Positions 1 to 12,835 of a stretch of 64,000 nt of DNA are shown here, piece after piece; position 1 is the stretch's first letter; every line of letters starts with the position of its first letter. The DNA is taken from NCBI GenBank assembly GCA_973895155.1, contig OZ316892.1, positions 20,285,869 through 20,349,868 of the forward strand. The letters are read 5' to 3'. Position numbers and translations under genes: made by a program. Under the pieces are notes generated by a model, which did no database searches, was not told where the DNA came from, and saw nothing but the letters and a program-made list of their open reading frames with translations. This stretch comes from Marsupella aquatica (taxonomy: Eukaryota; Plantae; Marchantiophyta).

Positions 1-3000
1 AATTAATTTAACGAGTAGACGAAAGAAGAGCGCGCGTGCGAGAGAGAGGAGGCAGAGATAGAATGATGGAGCTCAGGCAAAGAAGAAGCTGCAGAGTCGA
101 AAGAATGTCATGCGCTCGGCGTCATAATAATAGCTACAATACAACGGGGTCGGGGGAGGCGGGACGCTGGCCGTCCGATCTGCGTCGTGCATGGCGATGC
201 GGCCTATCTGGCCGACTAATCTTGTTTGCGCAACTCTGTAACACAATAATTTCCTGTTTGGATGAGCTGCAGACGGGTGTTGTCGTGCTTGCTCCACGCG
301 CACGACTGAATCAAGGATGCGTGTCTTGCAGCTTTCCACCCGCCGCCCTCCTCCTCGCCGCCCTCTCGCCTCCCGCATGCAACCGCGACGGGTACCCGCC
401 TTGCGTTCCCGCCCTCTCATAATTACCTGCTCGCGTCTCGTCCATCCATCCCGTCCGTCCGTCTCCCCATCTCTTCATCCGTCCACCCGCTGTCCGTCCA
501 GTCCGTCCATGCACTCGTATGCCCGTCCAGCCAGTCCGTCCATGTGCTGTCCATCCGTCTATTCCATTCCCACCGTCCGTCCGGACTCGCAAGGTACCGG
601 GTGAAGGCCTACGGGTTACTGCAGTAGGTCGTGGTAGCGGTACTAGTGGCGTAGTAAAGGAGCCGGAGAAGGTACTGTGGAAAGGATGGGGACGGTGGAT
701 TTGGGATCGCTTCTTTCTACGCAACCTTCGTTTCTTCCGTTGAACCCTTGCTTATTTTTCCACTCTCTAGTGTAGGTTATTAGGGTTTGCATTTACACCT
801 TTCCTTTTGAGTTGCGTGTTTGTCTGGACCTCTTTTGCTTTTACTCCATTGGAGTTGGTTTGACTCTTTTCAGTATTTTGGTCCTTTTTCCTGATTTGGA
901 CCCCTTCCTTTTCCCTAATATACCTTGAACCCTACTACGGTACCTGGAAATTGGCATCTATAGATGGCAGGTTTCTTTTTTTTCCATCTTCTGAAAGGGA
1001 AAAGGTTCTTCCTTGAAGTTGATGTTGGGCTGGACCACGATGTTTGACCTCCCAACCAACTTGGAGCACTTAGTGAGACTTACTTTTGAGACCAAGAAAT
1101 GTCACTATTTATTTTTTTTAATTGTATTATTTATCTGTTTCAGTGAAAGGCTACTATGCACCAAACGTACTCAAGACCACCAGTAATTTAAGGAATACTG
1201 TTTGAGTTCATAACCCTGTCCAGAACATTGTTTGGAAATGACGGTTGTCTCTCTGAGTTGATTGCCAAATAATGTGGTTTGATGGGCTTCTTTTCTGCTA
1301 TTCCTATTGAGACATTGAGTTTAACCTCCTGATATTGTTTTCAAAGCTTAACAGCATTCCTCGTTGATTTTCCTTTGTTTTCTCAAGTGGGGCATGAATT
1401 GATCGGCTCTTTGTTTAATTAAGGGAAACTGCAACGGTTAGACTTTCTTAGGGTTTTGACACAATCTTGGCTAGGTTAACTAGAGTAAGTTAACCGGAGT
1501 TAACATTAGTTGACTAGACTCTTCATGAAGGGATAACCCCCTTTGTATCCCATGGAGAGAGAACACTTAGGAGAGAACTTTGTGTGTGAGAGAGAGACAG
1601 AGCTTGGACCATGGAACTATGGTGATATGTCATTTTCATGTTCATAGTGAAACTCTTGGTACGGTTGTGGACATAGCCCTGGCGGGGTGAACCACGTATC
1701 TTTGTGTTGGTGTACTTGAGTGCTGAATATGATTATGAGATGTCATGCTGTCCATTTTGATCCTACAGACTTGCCTAACATATAAAGGAGTTTGGGAGAG
1801 TTCCTTGTTGAGACTCATGCTCATTTGTTGGAGAGCAAGCTAGGCTGGAGCTAGACTAGCTATCTTAGAGCTTGTATTTAGAGGCTTGGTTTGTCTATGG
1901 TGGCCAAAGTTTAGTAAATCTCCTGCATGTATTCTTGTGGACATAGCCTTGATGAAGGTGAACCAGGTATCCATGATGTTGGTGTGATGTGTGTTTGTTG
2001 GTTTCTCATATATAATGTTGTCAGACATCTCAACCAAGTTTATTGTAAGGGTCAGTGGAAGCTTCTTCACAAGCAATTTAACAAAGTCAAAATGGATTAG
2101 TCTAGAGGTGGGGTTGGGAAAGAGTATATGTATCTCATTGGCCATTCCTTGTTGTTTTTGGTAATGGGTAACAGTGACACAGAGTGCGTCGAGGGTAAAT
2201 CACTAGCCTCATGGAATAAACCATGTCCAAGAGTCTTGACAAGCCCCTGCCAATCTTAGTTCAAGTTTTTAGACACTAATGACAACAAAATGAGCCTTTG
2301 CACAATTTGTATGTAGCTTACTAGTTGGAATTCCTCGTAATGCTACTATGTAACAATTACGTTGTAAGTTACCAGACTTCCGATTATGGGGCCTCCCGTG
2401 TGGAGCCCCTATGGAAATAACTAAATTGTGTATATCTTGTCTGTTCCACAGCACAACCGCCTGAGTGACTTTCCCGGGTACTTGGTTTTTTTCTAAAGAT
2501 TCAAGTATTCACATAAACATTATGATGATACACTTTTCCTTCAATGTTGCAATCAACCTGGCAATCAACAGTGACCCGTTCAATTTGTGATTTGAATGAG
2601 GAACAAATGCACACCCCTTTGGCTTTAATCAAGGGGCCAAGTTAAGAGCATAGATATATACTCCATATATTGAAAGAAATAATTGACCACTGTTGTATAG
2701 CTCTCTCCTCTTCATTTTTGTTAAGCAAAGATGACATTCACAACAGCATGCCCATAACCATCCAACGATCAAATAGTTGACACAAAGATATATGTGATTC
2801 ACCTCCACATGAGGCTAATCCATAGTAACACACAAGAGATTATTTGCACTCTAGGTCAACCGACCATACCAAACATCCATAGCACAAGTTCTCCTTATCT
2901 CTCAACTGGCTCTGTAACAATGAGCCTGAGTTAAGTCTCCTATCCAAGAAAACACCACTTGGGATATAGAGTGTACATAACATGACTAACCTGACCTAGT

Positions 3001-5599
3001 CTGCAACTAAGGTTAGCCCTAACTACGGTATAGACGTAACTCTAGACCTAAGAGTTAATCCTAAAAAGTTTGATCTATGCTGTAAGTTGGTTTGTTGACT
3101 AGCAAAGGAGTTAAAATGCTAAAAATTGGGTTCAATACCAGAATGTTTTTCCACAAATTTGTATGTCTTTCACTAAATTCTATAAAGACCTGTACTGATT
3201 TTCACATGATGGGTCAAAAAAACACGTGAGAACCCAGGGAAGGACCAGGTTTGTGACCAGGTTTGTTAGCTCCTAAATGAACATGTCCCTCACGAGAGGT
3301 ATTATAGATGAGAAAAGATAAATGATTATTATAGTTTTTACAATGAAAACAAAGTTTGACTATGCTTTTATAGAGAAGCCATATGACCTTCTCAGAATGC
3401 CCAATTGTTTTAGCGTTGAAGGATTTCTGGTTTAATGTATGATGGCTTGCTCATTATTTTTCATCTGAAATTGGGGTGACACCCTTGGATATAATTTATT
3501 AACTCAATTTCCTAAGTTTTAATCACCCCCTTTCATTTCTGAATTTAGCCTTTAAGTACAATGCCACTAAAAAGGTTTGAATTTATAACATTTACACAAT
3601 TTTTATTGTATTTATAAATATGTCACAATTTTCATATATATACATTAATTTGTGTACTTGACATCTATATACAAAATAGTGACATATTTGTAAATATAAA
3701 CAACACGTAATTATTTGTCAATTAGAACAACTTTAGTGACAAAGACTTGCTGAAATGCTCTTTCTGAATTTAAGCTTCTATATAATTATCTCATGTGTAT
3801 ATGTATTGGAAAATCCTTTCGATTGTTTTACCTGAATTAAGATTACACTAGTCATGGATAGTGCATCTGGTAGGGATTAACCATTGACCTCCCACACAAG
3901 AGTACTAAACATTGGGCTTGACTCTGTAGAACTTTTCCTTGAAATGACTCTGTAGAACTTTTAAGTCTCTATGAACCATATTATGTTTTCATTCCAAACG
4001 AGAGTGCACACAATTGTACTTGCTTCAATGTATTCTCTGAAAATACATGTATATACACAAATAGTATTGTATCATTAGCATTACTTGTAATTACTATTTT
4101 TGCTGCCAATTTACATGGACTTGCACTAATAGTCTTACTCGTTACCATAAGTGTACACATTAAATCTATATAAAAAATTGTCGTGTTTAGGAACACCTTA
4201 CTTTTTGATTCATACCATCATTTCAGGTGTAAATAATTCTCCTTTTATAATGCTGCAGTCGAAATGGGAGCAGCTATGAACTTAAGTTATTTTGGTCCAG
4301 TTTGCTAGAGATACTCCAAAGCTTGCAAGCGTCAAAAATACATACCACCTGCCCTAATTGATACAAATACAGGAGGTTAAACTCAATGTCTCAATAGGAA
4401 TCCTCTGATATTGTCTGTTTTCAAAATACATACCACCTGCCCTAATTTCTTCCACTACTATATTGTACATGTACATGATTGAGGCACGATTACCCAAAGA
4501 GATATGTAAACCTAGCGTGTAGCATACTTATCACTCTAGCTAGCATAGTCTGTGGGCGTGTGGCGCCAACTTTGAGTTGAAGCAGTCATTAAAATTCACG
4601 AGAACTCCTATGCACCTATTATGACGTTGTTCTTCTCACAGACTCACACTCATGTAAGGGTCAGTTGTTTTCTAAAATCTTCAAGAGAATAATTGACTAA
4701 CGTAAGATTCCTACAACAAGGTTTTGGATTAGGTAGCACACCTACATCGTCATTACAGACGATAAAACCAAATGTAGCAGCTGCCCCAAACTAAAATTAA
4801 ATTTAACTCATTTGAAACATTGACTATACCATTCCGTAATTATGTAAGCTGGTTTAGGTTTACTTACCGTACCTTTTATTTACTCTTACCAGCTTGGGAG
4901 ATCCCTCCATAATGAGCTTACGCTCTCAATTTTGAGGAATTTTCAGCGGGAAATTTTTTAATCAATTGCTACTAATTACAAATTAGTGTATTGGACTGGC
5001 ATTATACATGGCAGTACGTTAGTTAAGATGTGGCGTCCTGGAGATTACTATTGAACTAGCACAGATTCATGACGAAACCCAAGCTGGAATCTCATTTCAT
5101 AAAAATGAGTCACCAGCCTACCTGCCCAGTTCTTCTTAGAGCATCTACACTGGTGTCCACAATCAGGATCTAGCTGGTTATTAGCATCCTTTTCCAGAGG
5201 GTCGGCTTTCTTTCCATTTTAATTCACTGGTTCATGCAATCCTAATGTTTATGCAGATAGGTCATGAGAGGAAATCCAGACTGGCAATTCAGGAATTTTT
5301 ATTTTTGCAGATGGGTAGAGAGAGGAAATGCAAACTAGCAGATCAAGCATTTTTGGCGGGCTCGAAAAAGGTCTTTCCCGGCTTGGCAACCTGCATCAAT
5401 GCTTGTTGCTCTCCCACATGCACAAATCTTGACTGTTCCTTGGTACTCTCCACAGTACAGGCTGCAACCATCATGTGCTTTGTGACTGGAGCATGCTTGA
5501 ATGGCAGCCATTGGTGAATATGATTTTTGTTTGCAATGGGATAGCTCAACAATCTTAGCCTGCATTTGTGTTGCTTGCAGGTCCGTTTACCAGCCCGCA

Positions 5600-7300
5600 G
5601 TTGGTAACCCGGTGCGGATCCTCTTACATCACTGGCTATTTGCACACCCTCTTTTCATTTGCCCAACAAAATGGGGGGTGAAGCCCATAAAAAAAGACCT
5701 GGCCTTGTAGCTTTTGCTTTTTCAAGTGAGACAGTGAGGGTCAAGCTCCAAGAGAAGGATCTAACCTTCCCCAAACAGACATAGTCAATCTTGGCTAATC
5801 AAACGGACAAGACAACCTGGTGGAAGACTACTAGCCTAGCAGAAATTTAATCTCAGATTTGACAAGCACAACAACACGGAAATGAATGAAAGGCCTAGAA
5901 AGAAGCAAGGTACCTCCAGTAAGGAGTAGCTGGCCTGAGACCAGTAGCTCCAGGCATGATGACAATTCCAAAATAGGGACCTGCCTGGGACAGAGGACAC
6001 ACTTAACATCCCCGCTCACATTTTGGTCGCCCATTAAGCAAGTACAATCCTTTCGGCAATCAGCCTCTAGCAAAAGGTTTTACCCTTGGTGAGGAGATCA
6101 GCGGACCACAGTTTAGTCCTACTTAATATCCTTCAATATCCAATTTAATATCTCTTTACAGTCTATAGTGTGGGAAAAGATGGCAGGTTGGACCTCTACA
6201 TTTGCCAAAATGCTCCAATTGATTTTTGCAATCAGGATGGCTGCATTTTACTCACAATGTCACAAAGAATGTTCTTAATTAGTCTACTTTCTATCTAAGG
6301 TGCACAGAGGACCATTATTATCTTCCTAAGCTGCAGGGTATGATAATATCAAGCCATTTGAGGAAATTGTGCAAACATAAGTACTTGTCCAGACATCTTT
6401 CAAATATATTGCTAAATATTTGAGGCCAGAGACAAGTAAGAAATCACACAATTATTTATGCATTTTCAACATATTCAAATGATTGTCTATCTTTCAAGAA
6501 AAGCCAGAAGAACCAATTTCTAAGGTGCATCAAAATACAAACGAGGTGTAGAGACCACAAACACCAAACTGAAAAGAAGAGGGCAAACACAACCCTGGGA
6601 TACAAGGCATCATTTTTGTGAAAGAGCAACTCCAGTCTTGTCATCAGATTGCCACCATGAAGTACGATCTCAGTTTGGACAAAAAGGAAAGTCCAATCCT
6701 GTCAGATCACAAAAAATTGACTAAGTTTAGAATTTGTGGCTGATCAACTCAACATTTTGGGGTCCTTGTGAAACCTGAAAGAATTTACTGTCCTGTGCAG
6801 TCTAATGCCTGATAAAGTTTGAGACTTTGCTGAGATCAAATACTCCATTTCCAATGAGCACAAAAGATGGTCAAATGTTATAAATCACAAATACACTTAA
6901 CTTTTGGGAAATTTTGTGTGGGTCAACTGAAAAGCAGTGTTCAAGCCAATCAAGTTGTCAAGCCACCAAGGAGACCTGTCCGATCATATAAATGAAACAC
7001 ACTGCCAAGTTGTCAAGCCACCAAGGAGACCTGTCCAGTAATATATACAAAACACTCTGCAAACTATAAGCAGACCGTTTCCAGGTCACACTTCAGTCAA
7101 AAGTGTAAACATTGCTAAACATTGCTATCAGAGTCAATTTCACATTTTGAACAAATACATCCAAGCTTTGCTAGTCTGTCTGGGTTTCACAGATAACATG
7201 GAGGTCCATCCTGGCTTCAGTTGGCACAAGAATAATTGGAAATATTTGATCTAACAATGGTTGTCATGACACTTCTAATTAATGGGGTCGAGCAATTATG
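5600..7300 (-). mobile_element. Highly degenerate LINE (non-LTR retrotransposon) ORF2 relic
   Basis: Minus-strand translation near 5940-6020 reads ERGC*VCPLSQAGPYFGIV, resembling the LINE RT motif RGVRQGCPLSPYLF. Weak endonuclease-like remnants lie near 6650-6800. Many stops and frameshifts; boundaries approximate. Confidence 0.4.
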
Positions 7301-7439
7301 AAGGTCCTGAGGTGCCTGAAGAGGGCCAGTTGACACTGAAACACGTGTTCAGCACCAGCTGTTAATGTTGTGTTCAGGTGGACTTGCATGACTGGCCCCC
7401 ATCTCATTCCTTGCTCCTAACTCCCAAGAGAAGAATTGT

Positions 7440-8700
7440 CCAACCGTAGCTTTGTGAATGTCGCCCATCTATTATGGTGTACCTTTGCCTGTTACATGCT
7501 CTCACAGTTTACCTCGAACTTCCTCTTTTGGTTGGCTCCATGGGTTCGCATCCTTGCAATATCGAGTAATAGACAGAATGATGAGGATCACATGCTTTCG
7601 CTGTCCCATTCGAAGTATTTATTGCAACTCTGCACTCATGGACGCTCGTAGACCAGCTGAAACAACAATACGTCTTTGAGCATCCGTAGGCTGTCCTTTG
7701 AGACCAAAATTGACGAGTTGCGAATTTCCAAACCAATCGGGCATGACGTCTAACTATCATTGAAACGTACACTATGGAATTGTTTCATTTGTGACCACAT
7801 GTATGTAAGAAGGGGCAACTAGTACATCTTCTTCTGTAGTTATATGGGCGAACTGAGGAAAACATTAAAAAGAAACTCCTTGCGTTCGTTAGCTAATGCT
7901 CTAGTTTCGTTTCTCAGTTACGTGATCTCAACACTTTTGTGAACTCTTTAATGAGTCTAAGTATCTGAAGCCGCCTTGTTATTGTTGAGAGATGATAGAT
8001 AGGTTATTTGGACCTCCGAAACGTCTTCTAGAGAAGCTGGGGTTTTAGTACAGAAATATTTTTGACGTCTTCAAATCAGATGCTTTATGATACTCGTTCG
8101 GGTTTTGGATCGAGTACGCAGTGTTAAAGTTGCCTGTGATGCTATTCAATTCATTTTTTATCAGGACCAGCTTGACCGACAAACAATGTTACTACGTGGC
8201 ATTCTGATACATTGTCTATTGAAGGTTTGGATCACGGTTGGAATTGTTTGCCCACTGGTCTAATTTGTCTGCTTGGACCTAACACCCGTTCAATTAAAAG
8301 TGTTGGCCTTCGCCGTTGTGGCGGTGCTGCTTCGAGGCGGTCACTGCAGTTCATCCCACTTTAATTATTTTATGTTATCGGCTGTTTTTCTTCAACCTTC
8401 TGGTATAGTTTTGAGTTACCATCTCTTAGGTCGTCAGTTAAGGCTGCCTGTCCCCATCACCGACCTGCGTGACTCTCAATCGGAAGATTTTTTTTGACTG
8501 CCTCACTCCGGCTTTTCTTTGCCTGCTTGCAGGCCCAAACCAAACACCTGTTACTGATTAACTTTCGGTTACCTTTCCTTTCATTTCGCCACCTGTAAAG
8601 TTATAGGCTGCCAGTCGCCAATCTACATTCTGATCAGGAAGTCAAACGGTTCCCTCAGTATACTTTATTTTTTGGGCCATCTCTCCGTGGATACTCCCCT
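7440..8700 (-). mobile_element. Degenerate LINE reverse transcriptase relic (second fragment)
   Basis: Minus-strand fragments across frames occur in LINE ORF2 order: AGVRQ; NFNTAYSIQNPNEYHKASDLK (cf. YEKASGAKLN); SCPIGLEI (cf. YLGCPIG); KHVILIILSI; KVHHNRWATFTK (cf. KIHWVAWxxxxKPK). Many in-frame stops. Similarity judged by eye. Confidence 0.4.
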
Positions 8701-9231
8701 CTTGTACCAGAAACTCACTTTCTTGCCTCCCCCATGCACTTGTCAGTGGTTAACATTGTAGGGACATAACCTGACTTCGTGTCCATTGAAATTATTGGCT
8801 ACCAGCGAATTTTACACAAACAACTTACGGGGTAGACGACTTGTCTTGTAATGAAACTTGCTCGCTTTCAGAGGCGTCATCCAGACCGCAAACAATAGTA
8901 ATGAACCTGGCTAGCTTTCAGTGAGACTTGATCCAGACATGTGCTATTACACAAGATTCGCAACGTCTGCTTTACGAGAATTAGTCATGGTAGCTACTAG
9001 AAATGATTCAACCTATAAAAGTAAGGAGCACATGACGGCCAAGCCGAGAAAATGTTATCTTGGCTGTGTAACTCTACAGGTCTACCTTTTCCAAGGATGT
9101 TTTCTGGGTGAGAATGAGAATCTTATTTGAGTGAATGACTCCAACTTTGTATATACAACGCGCATTGCTAAGTGGCAGTACACAATGGGACTGCTTATGG
9201 ACTGGTAATAAATCATTTTCTATTTGAATAT

Positions 9232-10675
9232 TTATAAAAGTTCAATCTTTTTCCGCTTGGTCTGAGACTCATCGCTTTGGCACTCCTGGTGGTCAGAACA
9301 AGATACTTGCCGATTTTCTTTAGCCCTCCTTAGGTTTAACAATCCGTTCACGTCATTCTTACCGATCTTATCCTCTTCGTCAGTATCACTATCAGAACTG
9401 TTGTCTGAAGAAGCTGTACAATCGTCCACCTTCAGGACTTGACCACTTGCTTCTAACTCTGCTGCTGCTAAAGCCTCTGGGGTGTTCAGCTCAGCAACTC
9501 CTAAGGCAAGGTCCTGTTCATTCACACATCTGATCAGGACTCTGAAGAAAGAGGGAAATACAATTGTGGATAACAGATCACCAAATCCTTGGAACATCAC
9601 CGTTTGATGCAAACAGAACGATAAGAAGTCACATCCAATCCCACTTATTCCCTTCTCCCGCATGTCAACCATATTCTTTGGAGCAAAGCTTTGGAAAGTT
9701 ATGGAATCCGAAAGCAAACTACTGTACGTACAAAAGCAGTACAAATTGACCTATCCCACATGATACGACTGAGAGCATACACAGATTCAACTGAGAACAA
9801 CTCACCATTTCCACATAGCGCGCTTCTGAATCACTTACTGACTCGATGTTGAACTCCTCCGTTCCTCTCTCCTGCATATAATCATTCTCATTACACTACT
9901 CTGCGCATATGTATGTGCCATATGGCATGGCTAAGTTCCAGAATCAAAAGCAGAGATAGACACCCAACACTTGCCCTCAGAACTATTGCCAGCTATGTGC
10001 TTAAAGTCCAATTGCAACTTCGTGACCTCCCGAAATATCTCAAATTAGTTTCCAAACGTGGCTGTCCAACTGACCTCGATGTCTGAAAAAAGCTTGCGAT
10101 TCGCCTGATCCATAGCTGGAAGAAAGGACTTAATCCTTCCCAGTACTGCAGCAGAACAAGTCTTCAGAATTAATCACTCTCTACGAGCTAATCGAAAATA
10201 AGGAGACAAAAAATTATTGTCAGACGTAGAACCTCAGTCGTCAATTCTGGACATGCTTTTAAACAAGAGACCTTTTCCGGCAGAGTATGTATCCTGCAGA
10301 CACTTCATAAACCTAGAAGTAATCGTGTTGGACAGAAAACCTACCGCTGCTTTCTGGCATTGCGGTGATCACCGGTGGCTCCCTTTTGGAAAAATCTTCT
10401 CCATTCTTGCACACCAGCAACCGTTTTTCTGGGGGACAACATTCAGCACCAGAAGGTTTCAATAACGGGAAGAAATTTGTCACGAATGCAGCCAAGAGAG
10501 CCCTACCAGAAGAATAAATCAATCATATACTGCACGCATTCGTACGAGACGCAACGGACAGGAATCCCATGAAAGCCACACCTAACACAGTCGATTTGCT
10601 CTCCAGCTGAAGAAGATCCTTATTTGAGAGAGGCTCCTTTGAGGGCGAAGAGGAAGATTGCTTGCTGGGTCCCAT
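9232..10675 (-). CDS. NOP protein chaperone 1-like protein (C12orf45/DUF4598 family), 5 exons
   Basis: GT-AG exons at ~10675-10582, 10428-10345, 10145-10075, 9871-9806 and 9513-9232 join in frame: MGPSKQ...PESSVLGRIKSFLPAMDQANRKLFSDIE-ERGTEEFNIESVSDSEARYVEM-DLALGVAELNTPEA...acidic tract...KRKKIELL*. The SxLxRxxxFLPxMxxAN, IE...YxEMDLxLGV and C-terminal KIExL motifs match my recollection of DUF4598/NOPCHAP1. Confidence 0.8.
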
Positions 10676-11557
10676 CGATCGATCAACCGACTCACAACCC
10701 AGAGAAAAGTTCTACGGGAAAAGAGATTCAATCAGTGCTCGCTCTTGGGTTGTGCGAAAAAACAGAAGCGGGTTGAAGGCGCCGAAGGAAGGAGCAGGGT
10801 GCGCGAGCACAGAGAGACAACTAAGAAATGAAAAGGGGAAGAGAGTATTTGGAGAGAAGCAAACCATCTCCAGCAAGGTGTAGGTATAGTTCGTCTCAGG
10901 GTTTAATAAGAAGAGGATGAAGAGGAAGAAGAACAGGAGAATCGCTTGCAGGGTTTAAGGAAGGAAAAGGAGCTCCCATAGACCCCTACGTTTGACAAAG
11001 TGTTACCTTAGAGCGTTGGAACCTGCATGGACCACTCTGGAACGTTATTGTTTGCTTAAATTATACCTTTTTATTTGTTTAATTGTTCACTGGTTTGAGA
11101 GTTCATTTTGGAATTCCAAGATCAAAATGTTGTGGTCCATAGAGGATCACCTTCCAGGGTTTAGGGACAAAGAAAGGAAAAAGATAAAGATAGAAGAACT
11201 AAAAGAGCACTCCCAGAGCTCACCAAAGAGCCTTGCACCAATGGGGAGTCTAGGAAGTTGGTTTGGTGCCTTTGTCCAGATTGGTGAAGAGGCTGATGAC
11301 CTTGTGGTGCTTCAGAGACCTTCAATCAAAACTAAGAAGGCCAATCTCAACTGTTGATCGGCCTCGTCAAGCCCTGCTAGGTTAAGCAGCGCAGGACTGC
11401 GGGTGTCAGTTCAAAAAGTCATAGTGCGGGACTTTAGGGTGTGCACACCAGGGCATGGTGGGGGTTCCCAAACTGGACCTGTAGGCTTTGCCACTATACT
11501 TGCTCCCAAACAAGCCTGATAGCGGACTAGTGCAAGTGCTCTAAACCCTCTAACCTT

Positions 11558-11802
11558 CTAAGTGGGGTCATTTTCGCAGAAGTGACACATCACGTACAGT
11601 CACTTATAGGGTTTTTTAATCATTGTAAGAAACACTTTTAAGGACGTTAGTCAAAAGAAACTAAAGGCTTTTAATTGAGAATGTCATTTGTCATCACACA
11701 CTATTGGTTTTGTACAACTTTATTTAAAGTGATTAAGGGGGTCATAAATAACCCAATGCGTCACATGTGATGTATGGCCCTCCATGTAGTGAGCCCTTGA
11801 GC
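11558..11802. mobile_element. Degenerate copy of the MITE at 17301-17628
   Basis: Shares both ends with that element: GGGGTCA...GAAGTGACACATCACGT on the left and GATGTATGgCCCTCCATgTAGTGAgCCC on the right. Confidence 0.7.
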
Positions 11803-12207
11803 TAAAATAACTTACATTACCATCTCTCCTCTCCTATGTGATATCACCACCATTGTTCCAGAAGTTGTGGGAGTACAAAGTAATCACTTTTTAAAATTTT
11901 GCTTAGAACATTATTTGAACTAAGTATGATGACCTGGATCCACCGTGAAAGCCAATGTCAGTTTGCAAACTAGCTAGACCTGTCAGTTTTGGGGAGGTGG
12001 AATCTGGCAAAAATTTGCATCTAAAAATACACTGGTCTCGACTCTTATTGAAATGCTGAGTAGATAAACTGAGAGACAACTCTCAACTCAGCCAGGATCC
12101 AAGCCTAACAGTGGACTCACCTGATTTGAGCACACTCTGCTCACCCTGGATCTGTCAGTGCCTAAATAACAATCTACTCACCCATTTGACTACACTCAAC
12201 TCTCCCT

Positions 12208-12375
12208 GAGGTGTATGCTGGATGGACCCCCAATATGCAATGTGTTACTTGATGGGAGCCTTGAGTGATCCAGTCCTTTGATAGACTTTGGTAGACATTA
12301 AATCAACATACCAAAATCTCAGGGGTTTCATCAAGTAACACTTTTCTATTTGGGGGTCCATCAAGCAAATATCTC
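12208..12375. mobile_element. Small fold-back (hairpin) MITE-like element; related copy at ~57952-58085
   Basis: About 40-bp imperfect terminal inverted repeats: TGCTGGATGGACCCCCAATATGCAATGTGTTACTTGATG and CATCAAGTAACACTTTTCTATTTGGGGGTCCATCAAGCA. The motifs CTTGATGGACCCC, TTGATAGAC and AAATCAACATA recur at 57960-58085. Confidence 0.65.
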
Positions 12376-12519
12376 TCTCCATGGATCAGTGCCTAAATAA
12401 CAATCTGGTCCTTCCCCTTAGCTTTCAACATGTCTCTGTTTGTCCAGAGATACTTTTACGCCCTATCGGATGCTCTTCTCTTAATGTTAGCACTAATTTG
12501 CAAACAGAATCTACAATTG

Positions 12520-12660
12520 GGGTCTAGGCTTCTAGAGTAACTCTAGGGCCCCACCAAATGTATGTGGATGGAGTCCATGAGATGTATTGTATGTCAACAT
12601 GATCATGCATGGCTGCTGATTTTTGTCATCATCTCTACTCTTATTCAAAGAATGGGCATT
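12520..12660 (+). repeat. Dispersed repeat family; related copies at ~18535-18865 (+), ~26225-26465 (-), ~40445-40710 (-)
   Basis: Shared motifs CTAGGCTTCTAGAGT..CTAG, TGTATGTCAA..ATCATGCAT and TTGTCATC..CTCTA..TTCAAAGAA, with reverse-complement counterparts at 26.2-26.5 kb and 40.4-40.7 kb. Confidence 0.6.
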
Positions 12661-12835
12661 CAGGCAGGTCCTCCCTATACTCCACATTGACCATTTATGT
12701 TGTCATATCACTTACCTAGGGTTCCTCTATCCTCCCTATTCAAGCATGACGGCTTATGGCATTCTTAGTCACAGGATACATTTGGGCCATATCAGGTACT
12801 TTTGTCTGTTCGTTCACTTAACCTATGCTTCCTCT

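Noticed and set aside
36-743. Several 70-137 aa ORFs in the GC-rich start of the window
   Set aside because: They arise from low-complexity CCGT/CCAT repeats and high GC, with no recognisable domain. More likely a promoter-like or repeat-derived region.
7900-8680. Long minus-strand frame that could be read through if stops were U-to-C edited or recoded
   Set aside because: About 14 stops in ~260 codons is close to random expectation, any stop can be 'repaired' to CAA/CAG/CGA, and such editing is organellar. A decayed LINE is the simpler explanation.
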